Made by a program: the position numbers and the translations under genes. This document shows positions 42,295-52,850 of a DNA stretch of 64,000 bases, piece by piece; positions within the stretch are counted from its first letter, which is position 1; the number at the start of each line of letters is the position of its first letter. Location: the IMG/VR virus record IMGVR_UViG_3300024518_006364. One strand, given 5' to 3'. Under the pieces are notes generated by a model. It had not been told where the DNA came from, did not search any database, and saw nothing but the letters and a program-made list of their open reading frames with translations. The stretch is from an uncultured virus (IMG/VR IMGVR_UViG_3300024518_006364) (Duplodnaviria; Heunggongvirae; Uroviricota; Caudoviricetes).

Positions 42295-42537
42295 CCGAAA
42301 AAATTCGTTAAAGAAGCCCTGACAGCGACCGACTCCCGTCTAATCCGCCCCCACAATCCCCTGCCACCAGAAATGCCCCCTGCGTGGCTTTGTAACGCAG
42401 AACGTCTCCCGCATGGCCGTGGTGGGAGGGGTCTTTACCTGCGGCGGGAGGCGGGGACAAGGGGAGCATCATACCCCGATCGTATCCCCGCCTCTTTTTT
42501 GGGTAGAAGAACATGGACAATAAACATGGAGGTCACG

Positions 42538-43413
42538 ATGAAACGCAATCTCTATCTGACCATCCTGGCGCTGTTCTTCTTCGCGTGCGGCAGCGAGACG
42601 CTCGGCGTTCAGGGTGACGAGGGTGAACCAGGCACAACGGGGCCGACAGGACCCCAAGGCGAACCTGGCTCACAGGGAGCGAAAGGCGCGAAAGGAGATC
42701 CCGGGGCGCCTGGCGAGCAGGGCGCCGAAGGCTTGCAGGGAGCACAAGGCCCGCGCGGGGAACAGGGGCCGCAGGGACTCCCAGGAGCGGATGGACTACC
42801 AGGGCCGACCGGCCCAACGGGTCCGCGCGGTACGAAGGGGGCCTCAGGTTCTGATGGCAGCCCGGGCGCGCAGGGAGAAAAGGGCGACACAGGAGAGAAC
42901 GGTGCCGCGGGCGCCGAAGGCCCGCAAGGTGCGCCGGGATTGCCCGGATTGGACGGATCGACTGTGAAGTGGGTCGATCAGAACGACAAGTACGTCGGGA
43001 CGACCGGGACGCCCACGTCCTCGCACGTTCTCTACTACAATCCCCTCAACGGATACTGGTATCAGTTCAGCGTTCACACCGGGCGAATGGACCTTCCACA
43101 ACTCGACGCATTCCACACCGAGTACGACTGCGGCGGCGCGACATTCTTAGGCAAGTCTGTGCCAGAGGACACGGTGCCACCGAGAGTCGTCTTCCAACGG
43201 TCCTGGTACGCAGACAGTTACCACGTGCGCGAGGACGACGGTCAGATGCGGGAGCAGGGAGGCAACAATGTCTCTCGACGAACCAAGGATGGTTGCATCA
43301 ACGGCAACCATGGCCCGATTGTTCTCGGTCTTCCCGAGAGCGCCGTCACCTCGATCAGCGTTCCCGCGCCTCCCATCGGCATCATCGGTCCGCTCGTTCC
43401 CACCTTTCAGTAA
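42538..43413 (+). CDS. Collagen-like (Gly-X-Y) putative lipoprotein
   Basis: Signal peptide MKRNLYLTILALFFFA-C; about 38 G-X-Y triplets; globular C-terminus. Confidence 0.8.
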   Translation: MKRNLYLTILALFFFACGSETLGVQGDEGEPGTTGPTGPQGEPGSQGAKGAKGDPGAPGEQGAEGLQGAQGPRGEQGPQGLPGADGLPGPTGPTGPRGTKGASGSDGSPGAQGEKGDTGENGAAGAEGPQGAPGLPGLDGSTVKWVDQNDKYVGTTGTPTSSHVLYYNPLNGYWYQFSVHTGRMDLPQLDAFHTEYDCGGATFLGKSVPEDTVPPRVVFQRSWYADSYHVREDDGQMREQGGNNVSRRTKDGCINGNHGPIVLGLPESAVTSISVPAPPIGIIGPLVPTFQ

Positions 43414-43458
43414 TTCATAGAGAGAGCGCGTTGACCGCGTTCTCTTTTGTTTTGGGGC

Positions 43459-43839
43459 TTAGAAGTCGGGGCCGTAGCCCATGGTGCGGTGCTGTCGGAT
43501 GCGTTCCAGAATGGTCGAGTCGGCGGGGAGGCGTCCGGTGCCCGCGGCACGGAGGTCTGCGAGCATGTAGTCCGGCACGGTTTCTTCGAGGCCGCGTCGG
43601 GATGACGTGAAGCTCGGCTTGGATACGCCGTAGTCCTCAAGGGATTCTCGGATGACGCGTTCGGGAGTGTTGGCGCCCGTGCGCCGCATCACTTCCGGCC
43701 GCATGCCGTAGGAAATTTCGGTTCGCAGCTTCGGTGTGATGCGTAGATCCCTGAGCCAGGCAGCGGGACCATGCTTTTTGATCAGGGCGTCGACTACCCT
43801 GTCGGAAAGACGCCCGATCTTCGTGAAGTCAAGGTTCAT
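43459..43839 (-). CDS. Hypothetical protein with N-terminal LDFTKIG tag
   Basis: AGGAGG RBS; TGGACG-N17-TAGGAT promoter; convergent terminator at ~43420-43450. Confidence 0.65.
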   Translation of the reverse strand: MNLDFTKIGRLSDRVVDALIKKHGPAAWLRDLRITPKLRTEISYGMRPEVMRRTGANTPERVIRESLEDYGVSKPSFTSSRRGLEETVPDYMLADLRAAGTGRLPADSTILERIRQHRTMGYGPDF

Positions 43840-43959
43840 GGTGCCTCCTGGAAACAATCCTACATAGCCCCCGTGGGCGCGTCCACTTTCCTCCGTAAAT
43901 CGCCCCTCTCTTTCGGGTAGAAGAATATGAAACCTTTTCCCGAACAAGAGGAGAAAGAA

Positions 43960-44850
43960 ATGAGAGAACTCGGAGCCATTCACACCCTGGTGATTCACCC
44001 CGGCGCGATGCACCGGGACGACTTCCTGTGCATGGTGGTGCTCATGGCGCTGTGCCCCGGCCTGCGCACGGTCTTCCGGCGCGACCCGACGCCCGAGGAA
44101 CTGGCCGATGTCCGTGTCGTCGTGTGCGACGTCGGCGGAGATCTCAACGACAAGCTGCACAACTACGACCACCACCACCTTCCTGCGGAGAACGTGATGT
44201 GCGCCTTCGACCTGCTGCTGGCGGGCATCCACCTGCGGGCGTTCAACGCCGAGCTCCAGCCGTGGGTGGCGACGACATCCTTGATCGACACGCAGGGGCC
44301 GTTCGAGACGTCGAAGCGCCTCGGCATCGACCCCGAGCTGTTCTTCACGCTCTCGTCCCCGGTCGAGGCGGCGCTCTACGCCGTCATCGAGGGCAGCGAG
44401 CGTATCGACAGCGCCGACGGCCTTTGGCGTGTCCTCCGTGCCATCGGCGACAACATGGTGATGTTCTCCACCACCCTGATCGAGAAGCTGTCCGTCGCCC
44501 AGGACCTCCTGGTGAAGGCGCGCGTCCTCGATGCCGAGCAGAACGTGATGGCTGTGGTCGTCGACACCACGCTCGATGCGCCGTTCACCAAGGCCCTCGC
44601 GGTGGCGCGCAAGGGCGACCCCAACGTCGCGGTCTCGATCTCGAGGGACGACCGCGGGCCGGGCTGGTCGCTCTACCGCTACGACGATGACTCCCGCGTC
44701 GACTTCTCCATGCTCGCGGGTCACAACGAGATCGAGTTCGCCCACCCGGGCGGCTTCATCGCCAAGACCAAGGCCATGCACATCGAGGACGCGCTCACGC
44801 TGGCCTCGCGCGCCGTGGTCCCTCTCCTGGCGAAGAAGGCCTCGCCGTGA
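43960..44850 (+). CDS. MYG1-like (DHH superfamily) exonuclease
   Basis: Motifs HPGAMHRDD, RRDP, DVGG..YDHH and FAHPGGFIA. Confidence 0.8.
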   Translation: MRELGAIHTLVIHPGAMHRDDFLCMVVLMALCPGLRTVFRRDPTPEELADVRVVVCDVGGDLNDKLHNYDHHHLPAENVMCAFDLLLAGIHLRAFNAELQPWVATTSLIDTQGPFETSKRLGIDPELFFTLSSPVEAALYAVIEGSERIDSADGLWRVLRAIGDNMVMFSTTLIEKLSVAQDLLVKARVLDAEQNVMAVVVDTTLDAPFTKALAVARKGDPNVAVSISRDDRGPGWSLYRYDDDSRVDFSMLAGHNEIEFAHPGGFIAKTKAMHIEDALTLASRAVVPLLAKKASP

Positions 44851-46724
44851 GTGCCCAGGACGACGACACCAAAGCTCTCCTGTTCTGTCACCCCGAAAAG
44901 GGGTATCTGGTCTCTGCCACGTTGTCCCCGACTTCGATCACGGATTCCTACGCCATCATCAAGGAGATGCGCAAGCGTGGGGGCGTTCGGGACTTCGTGT
45001 TGCTCGTGCGTGGGGTCATATCAGCGCGAGCCGGGCTCGAGGTCTATCGGCGTCTGACGCGGGCGACGGACGCGTTCCTCGACGTGACGTTGACGTACGA
45101 GGGGCACGTGCTCTTCCCAAACAAGCTCGAGGATTCCTACAAGCTGGACGGCTTCGTTCAGGTGGACCTAGACGAGAAGCGCGGCGAGTGGGACAAACAC
45201 CCAGATCATTCCCCGCTGTAAGCCCGTCCGGGCTAACACGTATCCCCAAGAGAGTCCCCGAAACGGGCTCTCTTTTTGGGTAGAAGAATATGTAACCCCA
45301 AATTCAATTTGTCTTCCGAACAAGAGGAGGAATCATGCGTTACCTGATCATCATGATCGTCAGCCTTTCGGCGAGTATCCCCGTCCCCGTGGCCACGGAG
45401 TTGGCGACGCGTCCTCTCCAGCCGTGGCAGCTCGAGGACGTCCACAACCTGTTCTACGCGTAGGAAGGAGGTGCGATGATGCCAACCCTAGCCCGTGACC
45501 CCTACGACAATCTCCGGCACCTGGTCGAGCAGTTGGAGTGCTCTTCCTACGCCAAGCACCTGGACTACCTGCGCTCGCTCGTGCGCGAGGGACAGCTCTT
45601 GATCGACATCCTGGAGGCCCTTCCCGAGGGCGAGCACCTGTCCACCGTCGCAAACGAGTGCCAGCGCTTCGCCGATGCCAAGCGTCAGGTCGAGGCGCAC
45701 AAGCATGGCCCGATGATCAAGAAGAACTTCGGCGACGACCTCAACATCACCATGTGCGTCGTCTGCGGCGAGGACCTGGGATGGTTCTGTCCCAAGTCCG
45801 AGACGAAGCTGTGCGAGTACAACGACGACGAAGACCCGGCCCACGACCACTGTCTGCATTGCGGACATCCCGAAGAAAGGAAGTGACCCATGGCCGAGGG
45901 CGATCCGAGGAAGATTGCGGAAGACTACCTGGAGAACCCGGGTGTGATGCGCCACGAGGACGTTGCGCGCAACGCAACGCTCTTGGCCTGCGCCGACACG
46001 ATCGCCGCGGCGCTCTTGAAGGCAGCGGACAAGATTGCCGAGGGCATGCGGCTCTATATTCACTAGTCCCCCGAACGAAGAAAGGAAGTGACCATGAGTG
46101 AGAAGGACACACGGCTCCTCCGTGTTACGTTGGACGACAAGACCCTGTTCTATGCCGAGGGTCCGTTCGATCATCCCCCCTCGGAGCTGATAGAGGGGCT
46201 GAACGACTTCGGTGAGCTGTTCGAGGGGGAGGTGGCCAATGCCCCGCGTTAGGCCAGCCGACATGGACGACGTCGAGGCCTTCGTCTACTTCGAGCACCT
46301 CGAAGCGGATCCGGTGGAAGTGCGCCTCGCCGTCGAGGCGGGCGCCTCACTGGATGTCGAGGAGACACTTGCCAACGACGAGGGGGCGGACTACTCGAAG
46401 CTCATGCTCGACGGAAAGCAGATTGGCTTCTGGCCCGGCTACTGACCCTGAAGGGAGACCGACATGATTCGAGCCCGCAATGACGACGCCGTACTCACCG
46501 TCAGTGTTCCCAACCGTCTCCAGGAGCGCAACCCAGGCATCCTGGCAGAGGTCGCGCACGCGGCGGCCCCGTTCGTCGAGCCGGACGTCCGCGTTGCGGC
46601 GCACTTCGACGACTCCCAGGGGCCGTCCGTGATGCTCCACGGTGCCGAAGGCGGGCTCGGCCCCGTCTTGGACCGGGTCTGCATCCTCCTGGGAATGCCT
46701 CGCCACGGAAACCACACCTGGTAA
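44847..46724 (+). other. Short hypothetical CDSs (incl. 44847-45221, 45476-45886, 46464-46724)
   Basis: RBSs and coupling; terminator plus promoter at ~45250-45290. Confidence 0.5.
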
Positions 46725-46828
46725 CCTCCCCCTCGGCGTTCGCCGACAAAATCAAGGAGAAGAGTGGCCGTCGCTCTTCTTTTGCCACGAAACTTGTCTG
46801 GCTGCGAGAGCGGGGGTATCCTGGCGCC

Positions 46829-47092
46829 ATGACCCTCGACTTCACCAAGGTCGGCCAGAACTTCTCGATGGACCTGGACTCGTGGCCGGGGGAGTATCCA
46901 ATCCGAGAAGACTTCAACCGCCCCATCGAGCGGGGACTGAACTGGGCCCCAGCTATCGGCGGTGCCGTTGGGGGCGGTTTACTCGGTAATGAACTGTCCA
47001 AATTTCTGAAGTTGAAGGGTCTCTTGCGCCATGCAGGTCCTCTCGGCCTGGCCTACCTCGGAGCGATGAAGGCACAGGACCTGTTCCGGTAG
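46829..47092 (+). CDS. Small protein with N-terminal LDFTKVGQ tag and glycine-zipper segment
   Basis: TTGTCT-N17-TATCCT ends 6 nt before the ATG (leaderless); IGGAVGGGLLG segment. Confidence 0.65.
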   Translation: MTLDFTKVGQNFSMDLDSWPGEYPIREDFNRPIERGLNWAPAIGGAVGGGLLGNELSKFLKLKGLLRHAGPLGLAYLGAMKAQDLFR

Positions 47093-47225
47093 TCACCTCG
47101 TAAATCGTCCCCCCTTTTCCGGTAGAAGACATCGTGCAGTGATAGTTCTTTCCTTTTTTTCAGGTAAAAGGATGGGCTTTCTATTTACGGAGTAAACCCG
47201 AATTCATTGATAGAGAGGTGAACAG

Positions 47226-48947
47226 ATGTCAGAGGAAAAGAAAGAGACCGTGACGGTCTGCGAACAACAGACCATCGGGGGACAGCAGTTCGCGTTCATC
47301 GGTGAGGTCCCGGCCGATTCGCCGAAGGCCAAGGCGGCGGAGGCAGTAAGAGAGGGGTTCCACGCCAAGCTGCGCCACGACGCTGCCAAGGGCGACAAGA
47401 CCGCCAAGGGAGCGCTCAAGTTTCTCAAGGCAGTGAAGCGCATCGGCGAGCCCCCGCGCTGGTGGGAACTGCGGCTCCGTTACCGTGCCTGGAGGCGAAA
47501 GTGTGCAGAGCGCGTCAAGGAGGAAAAGCGCGTCGACGCGTGCCTGACGCTGGGGCTGCACCCGAAGGCAGGGGAGATGCTGAGCGGACTCAGCCAGGTG
47601 ATCTACCAGACCACCATGTTCAACCACTCCTCCGATGCCGAGGAGCGCGCGCAGGCGTTCTACGATGGGCTCAAGCTCGCGCAAAAGCTCATCAGCAAGA
47701 TCAAGCATCCCAAGGACGAGGACTGGGACGCTTACTGGAAGGAGACGCATGATGGCTGAAGCGGTATTCAAGATGCGCCGCACTGACGGCGGCGAGCCCT
47801 TTCTTGAGAAGGAGGACGGGGAGTATCCCGTCGCTTGTCGCACCTGTGCCTGCAACGTGCCCACCACCCCGTTCGACGGGAACCACGGCTTCGACGAACG
47901 CCCGGGGGCACTGAAACATTCCACGATCTACATGTGCCAAGTTTGCTACTCCACGTTGCTCGGAAGCGCGCTGCGCTATCCCGATGGTGGCGTGGGCATC
48001 TTTGACATGGCGCGAGGTCTCGTTGAGTGCACCAACCTCATCCTGGAACAGTTGCGGCATCCGATGCACGTCATCCATGCGCCCGGTGTTGCCAAGCTCC
48101 CGGATGGGGTTGCGGAGAGGATCTTAGCGGAACACAAGAAGGTGGACCCCTGCGCTCGGGGCGCCTGGTTCAACGCGCGGATCTACGTCCGGTTCGGAGC
48201 GCCACCTACCGGATACAAAAACCACATGGACAAGCACAGGGTTGAGGAGACTCTGACCGGTGTCGAGTTCAAGGTGGCCATGGCCAAGGTCGGGTGCCGT
48301 CTGAACAGTATCATCGTTACGCAAGAAGAGGACGACGACATCGTCGGCAACTGGCGGCGCACCTACGACCAGCCCTTGGAGTGGTTCACGTGGGAGCATC
48401 TGACGGCATCGTGGAGGATCACGCTTCCTCGTTACGGGGACGAGCCGCGGGCGCACCTCTTTCGCGATGGGAGCGGGGAGGCGACTTTCGATGTGCCCTC
48501 CCGTGGCACGCGTTCGGAGGAAGATGACGTCGAGGTCGAGAAGCTCGTGCTGAAGTGGGCTGATGGCTACATCGAAAAGGATGGAGAGGAGGAATCGTCA
48601 TGAGTGACATGCACCAGCTCTTCAATGCGCCCGTGACTTGCATCAAGACCGAGTGCGAGAAACACGCTTCCTGCTACTACGGTGGGGGACACATCAAGCC
48701 CAAGAAGTTGGCGGCCATTGCGGGAATCCGCGCCGGGCATTTGGAGGTTTTCTGTGAAGATGTGAAGCTGCCTCCGCCTCCTCCACCCCCAAGCCCTCCG
48801 TCGATCTCTGAGTTCAACGAGTGGGCCAAGAACGCCCAGTGCCTGCACTATGCACCGGACAACTCGTGCTCCAACAGCGAGGGCACCATCTGGTGCGGGC
48901 ACTGCGTCGTTTGTCGAGCGGCAGGGCGCAAGCGGAGGGCGGACTGA
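47226..48947 (+). other. Hypothetical CDSs (47226-47759, 47749-48603, 48600-48947)
   Basis: Coupled ORFs. Confidence 0.55.
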
Positions 48948-49423
48948 TGGGAGATAAGTACGCATTCACAGGAACCCGCAAGGGAATGACCCACCGACAG
49001 ATGCGGGCGCTGATGCTGGAGCTCCTGCACTATTCCCTGGACGGAGGGAATCCGGAACTCCACCACGGCGGATGTGACGAGGGAGGGGATCGCGAAGCAC
49101 ACATCATCGCGCTGGCACTCGGCTTCAGGGTTTACGTGCACCCGTCCACCAACAACGCGCCGCCGGACAAGGCCTACTACAAGTACACCTGTGTCTTTGC
49201 CGAGAACCCGCTGCCTCCGTTGGAACGCAACCACAACGCCGTTGACGGTTCGCACATGCTGTTCGCCACGCCTGCACAGAAAGAAGAGCAGATGCGTTCG
49301 GGGACGTGGGCGACGATTCGCTACGCGCTCGGACGCAACAAGAAGCAACCCGTCTGCGGTCCCCACACGGTCGTCATCATTCATTTCGATGGGACGATCG
49401 AGCGGATGCAGTGCGTTGACTAG
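48947..49423 (+). CDS. SLOG-superfamily (DprA/YpsA-like) nucleotide-binding protein
   Basis: Motifs FTGTR.GMT, HHGG...GGD, RNH..VD and RSGTWATIRYA. Confidence 0.7.
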   Translation: MGDKYAFTGTRKGMTHRQMRALMLELLHYSLDGGNPELHHGGCDEGGDREAHIIALALGFRVYVHPSTNNAPPDKAYYKYTCVFAENPLPPLERNHNAVDGSHMLFATPAQKEEQMRSGTWATIRYALGRNKKQPVCGPHTVVIIHFDGTIERMQCVD

Positions 49424-49436
49424 GGAAGGAGGCAAC

Positions 49437-50884
49437 ATGCCAGTGCCCCAGGAGACGCGGGACAGAGTTTTCGACTTTGCCCTGGCGTGGCGCAAGGCAG
49501 AACTCCGCCTTGCGATCATCATTTACAGGCAAACCACGGGAGAGGTGCCGCACGATCCGGTGACGCGTCAGGCTGCGCAGGAAACCCTGGATGACTGCGA
49601 AAGAGCCCTCCGCATTGTCTTGGACGAGGCGAGGGAGGAAGAGGAGAAGGACGATGGCTAGACCGTACAAGAAGAAGCCCCTCGTGTGCTACCTGATCCT
49701 GGAGAAGACGGCGCGCACCACCAAGGTTAGCGCGGTCCGGAAGACATTCCCCGTCCTCGCGCCCAACCAGATCGCGGTCAAGGTCAGCCTCCAGCTCCCT
49801 GACGGCCTCTTCAAGAAGCCCGCCGCGTCCTTGGTGCTCAATGTCCCGAAGAGCGCGTGCATCGTGCCCGAGATCGAAGGGAAGGTGGAGAAGCCATGAA
49901 GCACATCCGTCTGAACTTGCGGGCTCCCACGGACAACGCGCTTCCCGCCCTAGCAGTAGATGGATACGGTGCGATGGACGTCTATGATGATCTCCACCAC
50001 ACCGTCAGCCTCATCCTCCCCGAGAGCGACGTCGTCCTCGACCTGGATGTATGGGAGGACAAGGAGAGTGGTGGTGTTGGCGTGCAGTTGACGCTTCGGG
50101 GAGGCGAGGCTCTGGAGATCGAGAAGACGCAGGTGGGACACGAACGGCGCCTCAAGTTCGTCGTTCCCCGAAAGGAGGTATTGTGACCGAACTCAAGACC
50201 TACAAGATGGGCACCGCGCTCCCGTTGGAGGGCGAGGTCCTCAACGGCGGGAACGGCATCGACGGTTTCTACTACATCCGCCTCTCCCAGCGCGTCCACC
50301 ACAAGGACCACCAGTGGCGCAGAGGGGTCGTCCTCAAGATTCGCCGCGACGTCCTCAGTGACATCCCGTTCTACGGAGCCGAGTTCGTGCACCACGTCGT
50401 CAACCCGCCGCCCGAGGATAGTCCGGTGTGCAGGGTAATCGCGGATGACCCTCCCCTTCCGGGACTCCGTACCGACACGGACAACATCAAGAAGGGAGAC
50501 ACCCTTGTCTATCGAGGCGAGGACGGACAGGTACTCATCGGAGAGGTCACCCGAATCGTACGTGAGGGACGAGAGGGGCCGCTCAGCATGCTTCATGTCG
50601 AGAGGGAAGGGCGCAGGGATAACATGATCCTGCCCGACCAGTTCCTTGGACATATTCCGTGGTCTACGCAGATCGACAAGGACCTCGTGCACAGGAAGTG
50701 CATCGAGGCCCTCACCGATCGCATCGACACGCTGGAAACGTGGCGCTGGGATACTGCCAAGATGCTCAAGCTCCTCGCGGATGCACTCAAGAAGAGGAAG
50801 ATTCCGATCCCCCTCTTTCCCGGTTGGTACACGTACCTGACAAAGCTCGTCAAGAATCACCCGGGGAACGCCCCCAAGAACTGA
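49437..50884 (+). other. Hypothetical CDSs (49437-49661, 49654-49899, 49896-50186, 50183-50884)
   Basis: Coupled ORFs. Confidence 0.55.
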
Positions 50885-50966
50885 CCCGTTTCCGGTAAAA
50901 GAAACTGTTTCCATGTACCCCCTCTGGGTAGCAAGCAAGAAGTGCGAAAATGAAAAGGAGTGTGTG

Positions 50967-51725
50967 ATGTCCCCGACCAAGAAGAAGGTAACGAAGAAGC
51001 CCGTCAAGCCGGGCTCGCGGGTGAAAATCCCGCAGATGACCGCCGCCGAGAAGAAGGCAGCGGCCAAGAAGACCAAGAAGGCGGCCAAGGACGACAAGGG
51101 CGAGCACATCGCGATCCCGCCGCCCAACATCCTGACGGCCCAGTTCAAGATCCGCTTCAACGCGCCGTACGTGCAGAACGCGTTCAGCAAGAAGGCGCTG
51201 GAGCAGATGGTCTCGACGCAGGAGCAGGGCAGCACGGCGAAGAAGGGCCGCAAGCGCACGGCCAAGAACTTCAAGGAGCTGTACGAGCAGTCGCAGCACG
51301 TCAGCGAGAAGGGCTGGAACGGCATCCCGGCGGCAGCGTTCCGCAACGCGTGCGTCTCGGCCTGCAAGATCTGCGGCTTCGCGATGACGCGGGCCAAGCT
51401 GTCCGTGTTCTGCGTCGCCGACGGCTTCGACAAGCACAGCATGGACCCGCTGGTCAAGATCACCAAGGGCAAGCCCCGCATGATCAAGAGCATGGTCCGC
51501 AACTCCGGCCCCGCTCGCCCGACGGACGTCCGCGCCCGCGCGATGTTCAACCCGGGCTGCGAGGCGACGGTCACGCTCCAGTTCGACGCCGACCAGTTCA
51601 CGCTGGACGACGTCACCAACCTGCTCGCCCGCGCGGGGATGCAGGTTGGCATCGGAGAGGGACGTCCCGATTCCCCCATGTCCTGCGGCATGGGTTGGGG
51701 CACGTTCGACCTTCTCAACAAGTAG
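50967..51725 (+). CDS. Cas7/RAMP-like protein 1 (putative RNA-binding backbone)
   Basis: GIPAAAFRNAC helix motif and C-terminal G-rich loop AGMQVGIGEGRP..GMGWGTF; AAGGAG RBS; strong codon bias. Confidence 0.75.
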   Translation: MSPTKKKVTKKPVKPGSRVKIPQMTAAEKKAAAKKTKKAAKDDKGEHIAIPPPNILTAQFKIRFNAPYVQNAFSKKALEQMVSTQEQGSTAKKGRKRTAKNFKELYEQSQHVSEKGWNGIPAAAFRNACVSACKICGFAMTRAKLSVFCVADGFDKHSMDPLVKITKGKPRMIKSMVRNSGPARPTDVRARAMFNPGCEATVTLQFDADQFTLDDVTNLLARAGMQVGIGEGRPDSPMSCGMGWGTFDLLNK

Positions 51726-51740
51726 CCCAACCACGATGAT

Positions 51741-51778
51741 GCGAAGACCCCCTTGCTGCGAGGCAGGGGGGTCTTCGC
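51741..51778 (+). promoter_or_regulatory. Strong intergenic hairpin without a U-tract
   Basis: GCGAAGACCCCCTTGC-TGCGAG-GCAGGGGGGTCTTCGC. Confidence 0.7.
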
Positions 51779-51794
51779 GTCTGGGGAGGAAACA

Positions 51795-52391
51795 ATGAGT
51801 ACTGCCGCCGTGCAGGAACTAAGCATTCCGCGCCTCAACATCCGGAATACGGAGTTCGATATCCGCCTTCGGGAGCCGGGGACGAAGATTCTTTTTCCGA
51901 AGAAAGGGGGATCAGGCGAATTTGATAAGAATTACGAACTCCGCCGTTTTTCACGCACGAGGATCTTTCGTGGGATCCCCTCCCTTTATTTTCACCATGC
52001 ACTTTATCTGGCGGCAAGATTGTGTGGATACATAGGATTTCCTCGGGGAGCGTCCTGGTACTCCCTGCGGGGCATCGTGGGTATCGACACTTGCATCCAC
52101 AAGTATTGCTCAGTTGCGCGAATGACCATGGTGCGCTTGTCTGAGGGAGAGCCGCAGAAGAGAATTTACCCCTGTCGCATCACGCGAGGGGATCGCGTTG
52201 TAGAGGAGAGGAAGATACCGAAGTGGTTTCTTGGTCCTGACTGCAAGGTGAATCTCCATGTTTATTTCGATGCAGATCAGTTCACGTTGGGTGAAGTTCG
52301 CACCCTCATGGAGGTGGCAGGAGCTGAGATTGGCATTGGAGATTTACGTCCGCAGGGTGGCGGGGACAACGGACGCTTCAAGATCGTCTGA
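51795..52391 (+). CDS. Cas7/RAMP-like protein 2 (divergent paralog)
   Basis: Shares GIP...F, FDADQFTL and AG..IGIGD.RP..GG..GRF with 50967-51725. Confidence 0.7.
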   Translation: MSTAAVQELSIPRLNIRNTEFDIRLREPGTKILFPKKGGSGEFDKNYELRRFSRTRIFRGIPSLYFHHALYLAARLCGYIGFPRGASWYSLRGIVGIDTCIHKYCSVARMTMVRLSEGEPQKRIYPCRITRGDRVVEERKIPKWFLGPDCKVNLHVYFDADQFTLGEVRTLMEVAGAEIGIGDLRPQGGGDNGRFKIV

Positions 52392-52402
52392 GAGGAGAGG
52401 GA

Positions 52403-52846
52403 ATGACAGCAGCAGAGAAAGCGAAGGAACGAGATCTGGTTCTCGAGGAGCTCGAGCTCATTCGCAAGAACCATCGTGGTCTCTTGCAGCCCCGACACGT
52501 CGTCGAGTTCGCCAAGGATCCGAATACTGCGCTGCACCACCGCTTCGAGTGGGACAACACGCACGCAGCGGATCTGTACCGCCTGGAGCAGGCTCGCCAC
52601 ATCGTCCGGGTGTATGTCGAAATGATACCCGGCACGTCCCAGCCCGTCCGTGCGTTCGTGTCACTGAAACGTGATCGCGCCGCAGGCAGGGGCTACCGGG
52701 CGATGGTCAATGTGCTCGCCAGCGATGCCCTGCGGGAGCAACTCCTCGAAGAGGCCCGCGACGACATGGAAGTGTTTGTTGCCAAGTACGAGGTTCTGAA
52801 GGAAGTCGCCGGAGTCGTGAGGGCGATGAAGAAGCACAAGAAGTAG
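52403..52846 (+). CDS. Accessory protein of the RAMP/array locus
   Basis: LELI..G.L.P..VVEFA.DP..ALH..FEWD..AA..YRL.QAR pattern; its stop lies 4 nt before the array. Confidence 0.7.
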   Translation: MTAAEKAKERDLVLEELELIRKNHRGLLQPRHVVEFAKDPNTALHHRFEWDNTHAADLYRLEQARHIVRVYVEMIPGTSQPVRAFVSLKRDRAAGRGYRAMVNVLASDALREQLLEEARDDMEVFVAKYEVLKEVAGVVRAMKKHKK

Positions 52847-52850
52847 ACGC

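Noticed and set aside
42330..42500. Cobalamin riboswitch or T-box
   Set aside because: The B12-box and T-box consensus sequences are not present.
49982..51841. 619-aa minus-strand ORF and similar long antisense ORFs (e.g. 18449-19810, most of 43459-44781, 61397-62515)
   Set aside because: They are shadows of GC3-biased + strand genes that carry recognisable motifs and RBSs.
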